Source: a virus (Duplodnaviria > Heunggongvirae > Uroviricota > Caudoviricetes). From it: a stretch of DNA of 17,679 bases. The stretch's first letter is position 1. Each line of letters begins with the position of its first letter. The position numbers and the translations under genes were made by a program. The notes under the pieces are model-generated. The model worked only from the letters and a program-made list of their open reading frames with translations. It searched no databases and was not told the origin of the DNA. Of this stretch, positions 1 through 8,120 are shown in pieces. The stretch lies in IMG/VR virus record IMGVR_UViG_3300029234_000244; one strand, written 5' to 3'.

Positions 1-471
1 ATTAGCGTTGGCGTAAGGCGAAGATGTGTTAAATGAGATCATTCTCCCCATCGTCCATTTTGTGTACCATGGTCTTCCATACAAAATATCATCGGTACGA
101 TCATTAATAAGGTTCACAATCTCATTTTTTACAGTCTGAAGTTCAGCTACTAACAACTCATAACTTAACTCACTGTAATCTGAGTAAAATTTTTGAGCAA
201 GAAGGCCAAGCTGATTCCATTTATAGCCAGTTTCCGGAAAATCGACAGGCAGACCTTTAGCATCAGAAGCGATCCACTTTACAACAAGAGCATTCCATCC
301 AAGCAGATACGAAACGAGATCACGAACACTCATCTCCGTTCCTTTGGCGTGTCCGTCCATTGATTTATCTGAAGTAATTTCTGGTGGGATTGTGTTGAGG
401 TAACTAATTAATTTACTAAAATTTTTATCAATAGCTAAAAGCAGTTCAGCTTTTGTTTGCGGCACACTCAT
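1..471 (-). CDS. ClbS/DfsB-family (DUF1706) four-helix-bundle protein, 3' end cut by window edge
   Basis: ATG at 471-469 with GAGAGGG Shine-Dalgarno upstream. My minus-strand translation stays open to position 1 (157 codons); it is absent from the ORF track because no stop falls inside the window. Sequence MSVPQTKAELLLAIDKNFSKL...GHAKGT...VSYLLGW...GYKWNQLGLLAQKFYSDY...LYGRPWYTKWTMGRMISFNTSSPY matches the conserved ClbS/DfsB motif pattern as I recall it. Confidence 0.7.
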   Translation of the reverse strand, partial: MSVPQTKAELLLAIDKNFSKLISYLNTIPPEITSDKSMDGHAKGTEMSVRDLVSYLLGWNALVVKWIASDAKGLPVDFPETGYKWNQLGLLAQKFYSDYSELSYELLVAELQTVKNEIVNLINDRTDDILYGRPWYTKWTMGRMISFNTSSPYANAN

Positions 472-677
472 AAGAATTCCCTCTCATGTAAAAAGAGACA
501 CCATAAAGGTACTGTGTGGTGTTTGAAAATCACTCAATTATGTACCACCCACCACAACAGGGGAAGACCCATTTATATACAGTTGTGAGTATCTCACGTT
601 CTCAGTGTGCTGGGCAAAAAAACATCGCAAAATCTGGAGCAGGCACGCAAAACAGAATTGAATGTTGCGGGGAAGAA

Positions 678-707
678 AAATGCCGCTCTGTTTGAGTGGC
701 GGCATTT
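678..707 (-). terminator. Rho-independent terminator-like hairpin (minus strand)
   Basis: Minus-strand reading AAATGCCGC-(12 nt loop)-GCGGCATTT followed by a T-rich tract (TTTTTCTTCC). Lies between the PerC-like gene and the ClbS-like gene. Confidence 0.4.
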
Positions 708-1227
708 GTGAAGGCGGAAAAGTAAGAATTGGCGTTACGAGTTATTCGATGTTGAATCTGTTTGTAGAGTGTTGGCTTCAATGCCGCATTGTAGCTGGTT
801 TCTTTCTAATGCGGTTTTTGATTATGTACACCCTTATGTACACGGTTTTTTCGGGTGCTTTGGCCAGAAGCCATTGTCTACATCCCTCACGATCGAGGTG
901 TGTAACCATGTTCAGGCTTGTTGTCCTGCGCGCGCGTATTGCTCGTGAAATTGCTGTAACCAATAGTGATGTCCGAAAAAACCTCCGTTCTCACATGAAA
1001 CAGCCATGTGCAACTGGTAACTGAATAGACTGGTAGACCGTTCGTTCAGTAAATACCTGATATTTTCGCCAACGAGAAATTGCGTTGGCTGGCAGAGTGC
1101 AAATTTGCACTATGACCTAACCCATTGTTTTTTTTCGAAAACCTACAATGCAGGAAGCCGGATAACACCATTTTTATAGCTCCGATCCCTTCAAAGTGAG
1201 GGGTAATTTGCCAAAACAGAGAGAGCA

Positions 1228-1515
1228 TTACTGTCTCTGGCAATCTTTATCGCGATAACGCCTGAAGTACCCTCTCGCTTCCTCATCCATACCAAGAGCC
1301 GAATGAGTCCGCTTAACTGCCTGTCTTAAATCTCCGAATCTGTCTGTAGTTGCTGGTGGGCGTGCCGCCTTACGGATACATTCAGAGCGTCTGTTTGCTG
1401 CATGTTCACGTTCTTTATCGCCATCTGCCAGCATCATGACTTCTGCCCATCGTGCGGCAGCTCTCCGGTATAGCCCTTTTGACTCCAGCTCTTCAGCTTT
1501 CCTGTCCTTTATCAT
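1228..1515 (-). CDS. PerC-family transcriptional regulator (Pch-like)
   Basis: 95-aa ORF with GAGAGG Shine-Dalgarno before the ATG at 1515. N-terminal AEELESKGLYRRAAARWAEVM resembles the conserved LE.KGLWRRAA.RW motif of PerC/Pch proteins, recalled from memory. Confidence 0.5.
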   Translation of the reverse strand: MIKDRKAEELESKGLYRRAAARWAEVMMLADGDKEREHAANRRSECIRKAARPPATTDRFGDLRQAVKRTHSALGMDEEARGYFRRYRDKDCQRQ

Positions 1516-1546
1516 TTCTGCCTCTCAGATTATATAGATAAGCAAA

Positions 1547-1672
1547 AAGGTGTTGGTTCAGTTGGTTCAGTTGGTTCAATTTGTAAAGAGCGTTGTTTTT
1601 ATTGTGTTTTTTCTAAAATATTGAACCAACATCAACTCATTTTGAACCAACACAGCCCAGCTCTGAACCAAC
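1547..1672. repeat. Iteron cluster 1 (crr-like): 3 tandem GTTGGTTCA, AT-rich spacer, then 3 inverted copies TGAACCAAC at 21-bp phasing
   Basis: GTTGGTTCA at 1552-1560, 1561-1569, 1570-1578. TGAACCAAC at 1622-1630, 1643-1651, 1664-1672. The first ~55 bp are a near-perfect reverse complement of 8497-8556. Confidence 0.65.
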
Positions 1673-1723
1673 AACACAGCGATAGATTTGTGATTGGTCC
1701 GTTATTTTCTGGCTGATATTTGA

Positions 1724-1758
1724 GCGTATAACAGTGTTATACAGTGGTATACTGTATG
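1724..1758 (+). promoter_or_regulatory. Operator-like repeats (TATACAGT-type, two direct and one inverted) before the RHH gene
   Basis: gtataACAGTgttatACAGTggtatACTGTatgg immediately upstream of the ATG at 1775. The geometry is ACAG-N7-CTGT, not a LexA box. Confidence 0.3.
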
Positions 1759-1774
1759 GATATTACTCACTGAT

Positions 1775-2230
1775 ATGGTCTTTGCAATGAGCAAATCTAA
1801 TCTGGTCGCGTTCCGCATCCCATCTGAATTGCAGGATGAGTTTAATCGGTCTGTTCTCGCTTCTGGAGGGGATAAAACCTCCTGGCTTGTTGATGCGATT
1901 CGCATGAAGCTGGGACAGCCGGAAAAGTCTATTGATTCACGAATGCTTGGGCTGGTGGAGCGCATGGAAAAAGCCGCTGCGTCGCTTATTGCCGGAAAGC
2001 CGAACATCCCACCAAAGCCATATAACGAAACGGCAGTTATAAAGATCATTGCCGATACCATCCGACAGGGATTTGATAATGGGCGCGTGATAGCTGAACG
2101 GATCAATGAAGCAGGCTATCAAACAAAAGCTGGTAAGGCATGGGATAAAGATATTTACAGCGCGTGGAAGCGTCAGGGAAGCAATGCTGAAAAGTTATCA
2201 GTGGCGCTACATTCAGCGCCATCGCTATAA
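1775..2230 (+). CDS. Putative DNA-binding regulator with N-terminal ribbon-helix-helix-like fold
   Basis: 151-aa ORF. N-terminus NLVAFRIPSELQDEFNRSVLASGGDKTSWLVDAIRMKL has the beta-strand/helix/helix pattern of RHH (CopG/Arc-type) proteins. C-terminal IAERINEAGYQTKAGKAWDKDIYSAWKR resembles recombinase-type DNA-binding motifs. No convincing Shine-Dalgarno; an alternative ATG lies at 1787. Confidence 0.55.
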   Translation: MVFAMSKSNLVAFRIPSELQDEFNRSVLASGGDKTSWLVDAIRMKLGQPEKSIDSRMLGLVERMEKAAASLIAGKPNIPPKPYNETAVIKIIADTIRQGFDNGRVIAERINEAGYQTKAGKAWDKDIYSAWKRQGSNAEKLSVALHSAPSL

Positions 2231-2231
2231 T

Positions 2232-3194
2232 TTATTCAATATCAAATAAATGCCTTGGGAAACCGTTATTATCAGGTAATCCCATGGCTGTCAGGTTACA
2301 TCCTGGTAAGTTAGGCTTGTTATCTACAAGGTTGGCAACTTTTTTTATCCAGTCAGATCCCGGTCCAATTTTTTTCACTAAAAACCATAACACAGCGATC
2401 ATTCCGTACATTCTTTCGTACGCATCATCATTCATATTTAATTGTTCAAAGTACGGCTCATTTGGCAAAGGCATTAATCTTGGTTCGTTGACCTTGTTCC
2501 AGATGCGTGAATGGTGAGCGCACCGATTCCTTAGCACATTCATTGCGCTAAGCCAGTTTTGGAAGATAGCTCCATTGCCTGCCGCTATCCCTAGCCTAGA
2601 TAGTATCCTGTTGCGATAGCTGTCTTTTAGCATCGCATAATACTTTGACATTAAGCCGAAGTCCCACACTTCAATAACCACCCAGAAAGGAAGACCTTCG
2701 TACTTGTTTTCATGCCATTTGATAAAGTCTTCGCGACTTTTAGCAATCTCGGCATTATGTTTATTTATCCATTCTTCTCTGGCGCTTGGGCGACCATGGG
2801 AACGTGGTCTAAAGTGTTTTGGATTTATTAGCGAGTCATCAAGATATGCTAAAGGAGATATCTTACCAAGCTCATGAGCAATAACTGACCGAACATAAAC
2901 CTCAATGCGTTCTAACGCATTCATCATCTGCAAACGCAGATTTTTATCGAATAAATAGAGGTCATATACTGCGCGAAAATTAGTACCTGGACGAACCTGA
3001 TCGAGTCTGGTTCTAATATTGTCTGTTGTTATATGGGGGATTCGGCAGGGGTACCAAAAGCCTGATAATCGGTAGTAGCCTACTTGTGAGATTTTCTTGA
3101 TAGCATGTTCGCGATCTGGCACATCCATACCCCGAGACAGCAATAAATCGACAAGTTCATCATATTCTTTATGAACCTTAACCGGAACAGCCAT
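2232..3194 (-). CDS. Abi_2-family abortive infection protein (AbiD/AbiF-like)
   Basis: 320-aa ORF with hallmark motifs GYYRLSGFWYP and LRNRCAHHSRIWN, and a typical N-terminus (YDELVDLLLSRGMDV). The gene is visibly AT-rich. Its stop is 1 nt from the stop of the convergent RHH gene. Confidence 0.8.
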   Translation of the reverse strand: MAVPVKVHKEYDELVDLLLSRGMDVPDREHAIKKISQVGYYRLSGFWYPCRIPHITTDNIRTRLDQVRPGTNFRAVYDLYLFDKNLRLQMMNALERIEVYVRSVIAHELGKISPLAYLDDSLINPKHFRPRSHGRPSAREEWINKHNAEIAKSREDFIKWHENKYEGLPFWVVIEVWDFGLMSKYYAMLKDSYRNRILSRLGIAAGNGAIFQNWLSAMNVLRNRCAHHSRIWNKVNEPRLMPLPNEPYFEQLNMNDDAYERMYGMIAVLWFLVKKIGPGSDWIKKVANLVDNKPNLPGCNLTAMGLPDNNGFPRHLFDIE

Positions 3195-3782
3195 ACAAAA
3201 GGTTTCCTACCTCCAGATACAAGAAGGCCCGGCCATAACAATTTCTCATCTAAGACAAGATAAAGCCAGGGGGCCGGGCTCAGTTGAGTGTAACTCTATC
3301 CGAAGTTATCCACATGTCAATGCACAGTTACTTAGGAAACTAACATAGGTACTATCATCACTCACGAAAAACCACTATATGTGGTTTTTATTCATATCGT
3401 TATCCACTACAGGCTGTGTCAATAACTTTTACCTATTAATTGGGTAATTTCTACATTTTCCTATGCTGGCTAGTTTCTCTACTGAAAAGTTGGCACTCCT
3501 TAATCGCTTTTCGGTTAATGCTATCGGTCTTCATATTACCAGCAGCATACGCCATCCGATTATTTCGATGCTACGCGCGCGTACTTGTCTCGAAATTGGT
3601 GTTTTGCTGTGGCAGTGATATCAGAAAAATCTTCCTGTTTCACATAAAGCGGATATGTGCGCACTGTAACGGCCCCATCAACGGGGATCGGATTTGAAAT
3701 CCCGACCCAAGCTATGTACCAAATGCCATGTCTTGGATATATGATGATTGCCATTCTAAACAACGCTAAAGGGAGGGTTGGT

Positions 3783-4181
3783 GTGAATCAATTGAAGCGA
3801 TTGGTTGTCTCCGGTTTATTATTTGCTTCTTTTGGAGCGAACGCTGAATGCTGGATTATTGGTGATCTGAAAGGACAAGAAGCCTCAAGTTCAGATGGGT
3901 ATAACTATAAGTTATCATCTATACCAGATACCTTTCATTTGGTAATAAGTAAAGAGAAGGCGGATCTTATCTTGGCAAAAGATGGTATAGGTGGAAGTAT
4001 TGATTATTACCCGCTATCTCCGAATGCCATGATGGGAAGAAGCTATCGAGATGGTCAACTGACGCTTGTCACATGGGCAATCTCAAATGACGGAAAAGTG
4101 ATCCATACACGAACAATTAGTCGATCTGATATAGGCTCATTTACAGGCTCATTTGTCGGCAATGTTAAAGGCAAGTGTTAA
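3783..4181 (+). CDS. Small secreted (periplasmic) protein of unknown function, Sec signal peptide
   Basis: GTG at 3783 sits 5 nt after a strong Shine-Dalgarno AAAGGGAGG, giving MNQLKRLVVSGLLFASFGANA|ECW... (n-region, hydrophobic core, A-x-A cleavage site). Mature protein is about 112 aa with one Cys near each end. The ORF track frame extends upstream to ATG 3657 and 3741, but those starts lack a Shine-Dalgarno. Confidence 0.5.
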   Translation: MNQLKRLVVSGLLFASFGANAECWIIGDLKGQEASSSDGYNYKLSSIPDTFHLVISKEKADLILAKDGIGGSIDYYPLSPNAMMGRSYRDGQLTLVTWAISNDGKVIHTRTISRSDIGSFTGSFVGNVKGKC

Positions 4182-4242
4182 TGTTCATAACTATTTGAAA
4201 AAATACTAATTACTATTATAACCAACCATCCATGGCCATCTG

Positions 4243-6348
4243 TTATTGAGCTTCCTTTTGCGATGCTTGTGCGACTCTGGTGAGCGATTGTGTGACCGTA
4301 CTGATCGCTCTGTCATATGCTGTGCTACCTTTTGGCGTATTTGCCAGACGTAACAAGGCATTTCGTATAACAGGGCTTTCGTATGCCTTCGCTGCTCCGC
4401 CTACGGCACCAGCAGCAGGAACAACAAACGCAGCCGTTTTTAGCATCCCCGCTAATACTGCTGCGTTTATGATGCCACCACCAACTAACAATCCATAAAG
4501 CTGCTGACCATTTAAGTTTTGAACGTTCGCTTTTGCCGCGTGTCTTGTATCGTTGAGGTATTTAATAACGCCGTCCAGTTCCTTTCCATGTATGCCTTTA
4601 AAGAAAGTTGCTGATTGCTTCCTGTTCCGGTGTAACGCATTAATAAACTTCTCAACACTGATATTTCCAGACGGATCAGTCGCCTTATCTACAGCATTCT
4701 GAACTATGGCTGCTCGTGCGTTTTGCCTACCATTGTCATCCAGAAGCCTGTAAAGCTGAGAACGTTCTGATGGGCTTTGGCTAAAAACAAGTTTTGTTAC
4801 ATCCTCAGGCGTGGCCTTGCCGCTGGCTATTGCCTTTTGAACGCGCGTTCTTCCCATCATGTCATTGAATTTAGACCATGAGCGATCAACCCTTGCCATA
4901 TTAATAGCTTCGTCTGCTCCAAGATTTTTGGCTACGGCTTTTTTCATATCCGCCGTATATGCCTTGTAGATAATATCGCTGGCTTTCTGGAGCGTATCTT
5001 TATCAACAGTGTCAGATGACGCCATAAATCGCTTTCGAAGATCGGTTCTGTTTTCCCTCGCCAGACGCAGGTCATTTGGTCCGCTGGTGATATCGTCTTT
5101 AAATTGCTGCAAGACTTTTACCGCGGCTCTATCCTGAGATTTGCCCGGGCGGCTTAACACGGCAATCTGATTGTCGATAGCTTTTACCGTGTTTGAGAGA
5201 TCGACAGGGGTATCCCCCATAGCGTCAATTATGCGGTTATATCGCTTTCCTGCTGCCTCAATGAATTTTTGTTGCCCTTTAGTCGCAGATTCATAAAGCT
5301 GTTTATCAGAAATGCCACCCAGACCATCGCTAAATGTTCTGACTAAATTTTCTCGTGCTTGTTGTTGATTCAGCCGATTCTTACCGGTTCCAAAAAAAGG
5401 AACTCTTTCGCCTAATGTCTGAGCCTGACTCTGCATAAAGGTTTTATCTTTCAGCATGTCACTGGTCATTAACGGCAGATTTCTTTCCGATGCAAAGTCG
5501 ACAGCAGCCTTTGCTTCAGGCGACATATCACCACGAACAGCCCTCGAAACCGCACTCGCTGTATTTTCCAGCCCCTTACCAATACCACCAATGCCAGCAG
5601 AAATTACCGTTTGTAACGGATCAATATCTTCTCCACCAGCGAGGCTGGTGGCTCCCTGTAGTGCTAAATCTGTAGCTGCTGATTTCCCTATGGCCCCCAG
5701 CACCGTTCCGGCCCTGCCCGCTGGTGTAAACGCCAGCGCATTAGCCAGAAACGATGCCACGTCTTGCGGCGATAAACCCGGCTTGTTCAGAGCATAATCA
5801 CCGGATGGCAGGGAAACGATAGTGTTACCCTTCTCATCCTGCCTTAATTTCGCTCCCATGCTCTGAAGAATCTTTTCCTGAGATGCGTCAGAGCCGAAAA
5901 GTTGAGACCATCGAGCTTTTAGAGCATCCATGCTGAGTGAGGTTAACTCTGGGGCAAGGTCGACATTTTGCAGTCTCTCCATCTCTGGAGTCATTCGGCT
6001 TTCGCCTGTTATAGCATCGCGCATCGCAGCCCCAAGACTGGCTCCCTGTTCTGCTGAACGCTCAAGCCCCTCTCTTTGCTGAGTAGCTAACTTTGCATAC
6101 CCTGACGCAATAGAATTATCAGATGATGTATGTTGAATATTTTGAGTTGCTGATTGGGATCGGTCTATTTCATTCGTTGATGGTAGTGGATAGGCAGCAT
6201 AAAAAGCCTGCTTAGCCTGCTCTACACTTTCTCCGGCTTGCGGGGCAACGACTTCATTGAAGTATTGCTCCTGAGCCTGCGCTTTTTGTTCTGGTGCTAA
6301 CGCCTGATACTGTGGAGAGGCGATAACATCTTTCCATGCTTTAGCCAT
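4243..6348 (-). CDS. Hypothetical 701-aa protein, Ala/Gln/Gly-rich, C-proximal hydrophobic Gly/Ala segment
   Basis: Long ORF with GGGGTGA Shine-Dalgarno; its ATG overlaps the upstream stop (TAATG at 6346-6350). Contains LYGLLVGGGIINAAVLAGMLKTAAFVVPAAGAVGGAA about 60 aa from the C-terminus. I see no Walker A or other catalytic motif. Confidence 0.8.
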   Translation of the reverse strand: MAKAWKDVIASPQYQALAPEQKAQAQEQYFNEVVAPQAGESVEQAKQAFYAAYPLPSTNEIDRSQSATQNIQHTSSDNSIASGYAKLATQQREGLERSAEQGASLGAAMRDAITGESRMTPEMERLQNVDLAPELTSLSMDALKARWSQLFGSDASQEKILQSMGAKLRQDEKGNTIVSLPSGDYALNKPGLSPQDVASFLANALAFTPAGRAGTVLGAIGKSAATDLALQGATSLAGGEDIDPLQTVISAGIGGIGKGLENTASAVSRAVRGDMSPEAKAAVDFASERNLPLMTSDMLKDKTFMQSQAQTLGERVPFFGTGKNRLNQQQARENLVRTFSDGLGGISDKQLYESATKGQQKFIEAAGKRYNRIIDAMGDTPVDLSNTVKAIDNQIAVLSRPGKSQDRAAVKVLQQFKDDITSGPNDLRLARENRTDLRKRFMASSDTVDKDTLQKASDIIYKAYTADMKKAVAKNLGADEAINMARVDRSWSKFNDMMGRTRVQKAIASGKATPEDVTKLVFSQSPSERSQLYRLLDDNGRQNARAAIVQNAVDKATDPSGNISVEKFINALHRNRKQSATFFKGIHGKELDGVIKYLNDTRHAAKANVQNLNGQQLYGLLVGGGIINAAVLAGMLKTAAFVVPAAGAVGGAAKAYESPVIRNALLRLANTPKGSTAYDRAISTVTQSLTRVAQASQKEAQ

Positions 6349-7814
6349 TAATCACCCCATAGTGAAGAAAAGTTACTGCTGGCTGCTGGCTGTGATACCT
6401 GCTCAGATTGCGGCAATGTCTGCGACGAAGAAGAAGTTCCTCTGTCAACTGCTGAAATAACCCGCAAAGCATCATAAGTTCGACCAGAAGCAGCTTTCAG
6501 CGAATTGAACTGGTTTTCCATCTTCCGGCGCTTGGTATCAATGGTTTTTGTGGAGTCGCCAGGCTGAGGGAAATACATTTGATAATATTTTGACATTTCA
6601 GCAGGTGCGATAGCTGCCCCTGTTTCCTGACGGAGTATTGCCATTATTGCGTCATTAGCATTAACAACGTATTGCTGCTCTGCTGGGCTGAGCGTTAAGT
6701 TAGCCAGCGTCCCATTACCCAAAGCATTATTAATGATCGCCACTCGCTGTGGGCTAAGCTGGTCTTTCAGTGTATCTATTGAATCAAGAGCATCCCTAAC
6801 CCTGTATGCAAATCCAGCAGCTTTTTTAGCCCCTTCTGGCGACTTTTCCATGATCTTTTGGGCTGTTGGCAAAGCTATTGGACGAAACCCATCTCCAGAT
6901 ATTGGCTGGTTTAGTTTTCCCTGCTCTTCACTTCCGTCTGTGTAGTATTTTGTGACAGTGCCATCATCGTTTTCTCTAACACTCATTAATTTTTTGGTGT
7001 TTGTATTAATTCCAGCCGCTGCCGCAAATGCCGCCGCCCCCTCTGGATCAGCCTTTAACATTTGCGCGTACTGATTGTAATTCTGCATTGCTGCTGTTGG
7101 TGCATATGCTGACGTTAACGCATTTGCTCGGCTAATATCCTGCCCTCTCGCCTGAAGTGCTTCACCAGCCTGATTGCTGCGGATTGTCTCTGCCAACTTG
7201 CCACGCTCAATATCCCGACTTTCCATTTGATCTTTGATATCGAAATACTTCTCATGACCGAGAGAAAACAGCGCCAGATTACCTGCGAAATGCTGGAAGC
7301 CCTGCGGGTCATTAACCTGCATTTCAGCAATAGTTTCTGGAGGGATACCTAAACGACGCATCTCCTGCTCATTATCCATCATGAACCTGCCAAATGCGCC
7401 CGGACCAAGCGATGAGGCTACCTGTGCTTTGAGCGCCAGATTGCCATAATCATCCCTTTGAGCATCATCGACATAACTCATCCCTTTACGGACTTCCTCA
7501 AACTCTTCTGGGAATGCTGTAATAAGATTACGCATCTGCTCCCTGTCACCGGACGCATAAGCATCTGCATAACCTTTCTGGAATGCCGCTTTACGCTCCT
7601 GCTGTTGCTGCTGCTTATAAATATCAGCAACTCCAGCCAGACCACGAAGACCTGTCAGAGCAACGTTATTTGCACCTGATCGAGCCAGTTCATTGTTTTC
7701 GCGGATCAGACCAAGCGTTGCGTTAATGTCGCTTGCCTTTGGCGCATTCTCATTTTGCGTACCGATGCCAGCAAGAAACCCACCAGAATTAATACCCTGT
7801 TGCCACGTAGCCAT
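6348..7814 (-). CDS. Hypothetical 488-aa protein, Gln/Ala-rich, no recognisable domain
   Basis: Long ORF. I prefer ATG at 7814 (MATWQQGINSGG...), 4 nt after the stop of the 57-aa gene. The ORF track uses a GTG at 7826, which would overlap that gene. Stop overlaps the start of the 701-aa gene. Confidence 0.8.
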   Translation of the reverse strand: MATWQQGINSGGFLAGIGTQNENAPKASDINATLGLIRENNELARSGANNVALTGLRGLAGVADIYKQQQQQERKAAFQKGYADAYASGDREQMRNLITAFPEEFEEVRKGMSYVDDAQRDDYGNLALKAQVASSLGPGAFGRFMMDNEQEMRRLGIPPETIAEMQVNDPQGFQHFAGNLALFSLGHEKYFDIKDQMESRDIERGKLAETIRSNQAGEALQARGQDISRANALTSAYAPTAAMQNYNQYAQMLKADPEGAAAFAAAAGINTNTKKLMSVRENDDGTVTKYYTDGSEEQGKLNQPISGDGFRPIALPTAQKIMEKSPEGAKKAAGFAYRVRDALDSIDTLKDQLSPQRVAIINNALGNGTLANLTLSPAEQQYVVNANDAIMAILRQETGAAIAPAEMSKYYQMYFPQPGDSTKTIDTKRRKMENQFNSLKAASGRTYDALRVISAVDRGTSSSSQTLPQSEQVSQPAASSNFSSLWGD

Positions 7815-7818
7815 TGAT

Positions 7819-7992
7819 TTACCCACGTCCAGTTAAAGTGTAAGCCAGCGCCTTATCCATTAATCCCCGAGCAATTTCGTGGATCGTTGGCGCAACTCCT
7901 ACCTCTGATTTTTTACGCTGCTCCTCCTGAATTTTCTTTATCGCTTCCATTTGCTTCTCACTTATCAATACCGGCTTTACTGAAATAGCCAT
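7819..7992 (-). CDS. Small 57-aa protein, helix-rich, possible DNA-binding (HTH/RHH-like); first gene of the LexA-box operon
   Basis: Translated by hand: MAISVKPVLISEKQMEAIKKIQEEQRKKSEVGVAPTIHEIARGLMDKALAYTLTGRG. Shine-Dalgarno AAGGGGG lies 4 nt before the ATG at 7992. Below the 60-aa cut-off of the ORF track. Confidence 0.55.
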   Translation of the reverse strand: MAISVKPVLISEKQMEAIKKIQEEQRKKSEVGVAPTIHEIARGLMDKALAYTLTGRG

Positions 7993-8005
7993 AACGCCCC
8001 CTTAG

Positions 8006-8031
8006 AACTGTATAAAACAACAGTTATTATA
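8006..8031 (-). promoter_or_regulatory. LexA (SOS) box CTGT-N8-ACAG abutting a TATAAT -10 element
   Basis: Plus 8008-8023 CTGTataaaacaACAG, within the palindrome AACTGTATAAAACAACAGTT (8006-8025). On the minus strand TATAAT (8031-8026) lies immediately upstream. The box sits 14 nt before the ATG of the 57-aa gene. The -35 is weak. Confidence 0.6.
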
Positions 8032-8087
8032 GTTTCACAAATCGCAATATTCATCATCGTAATTGCAAAATATGAAACAAACAGCAC

Positions 8088-8120
8088 AAAAAAATGCCAC
8101 CGCTCAGTAGCTGGTGGCAT
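8088..8120 (-). terminator. Rho-independent terminator (minus strand) ending the primase operon
   Basis: Minus-strand reading ATGCCACC-(11 nt loop)-GGTGGCAT followed by T7 (plus-strand A-run 8088-8094). Lies downstream of the primase gene and iteron cluster 2, just before the LexA promoter. Confidence 0.6.

Noticed and set aside
662-1024. 120-aa plus-strand ORF, with overlapping minus-strand ORFs 778-963 and 1046-1243
   Set aside because: No Shine-Dalgarno, Cys/Leu-rich odd composition, and the region overlaps a terminator-like hairpin. More likely non-coding spacer or 3' UTR.
1751-1767. Possible LexA box upstream of the RHH gene (CTGTatggatatTACT)
   Set aside because: Only one CTGT half-site; the second half is TACT, not ACAG. 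The nearby palindrome is ACAG-N7-CTGT, the wrong geometry.
1702-2106. 134-aa minus-strand ORF (and the 1937-2122 ORF) antisense to the RHH gene
   Set aside because: Entirely antisense to a better-supported gene and runs through the operator region; no Shine-Dalgarno.
2284-2517. 77-aa plus-strand ORF inside the Abi_2 gene
   Set aside because: Antisense shadow ORF of a gene with strong family motifs.
4243-6348. 701-aa protein as a pore-forming colicin (SOS-regulated, C-proximal hydrophobic segment, convergent downstream gene)
   Set aside because: Colicins are single polypeptides with operon-linked lysis genes, and their immunity proteins for pore-formers are integral membrane proteins rather than Sec-exported soluble proteins. 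Here the toxin candidate is split across two large ORFs with a leading small gene, so only the analogy is kept.
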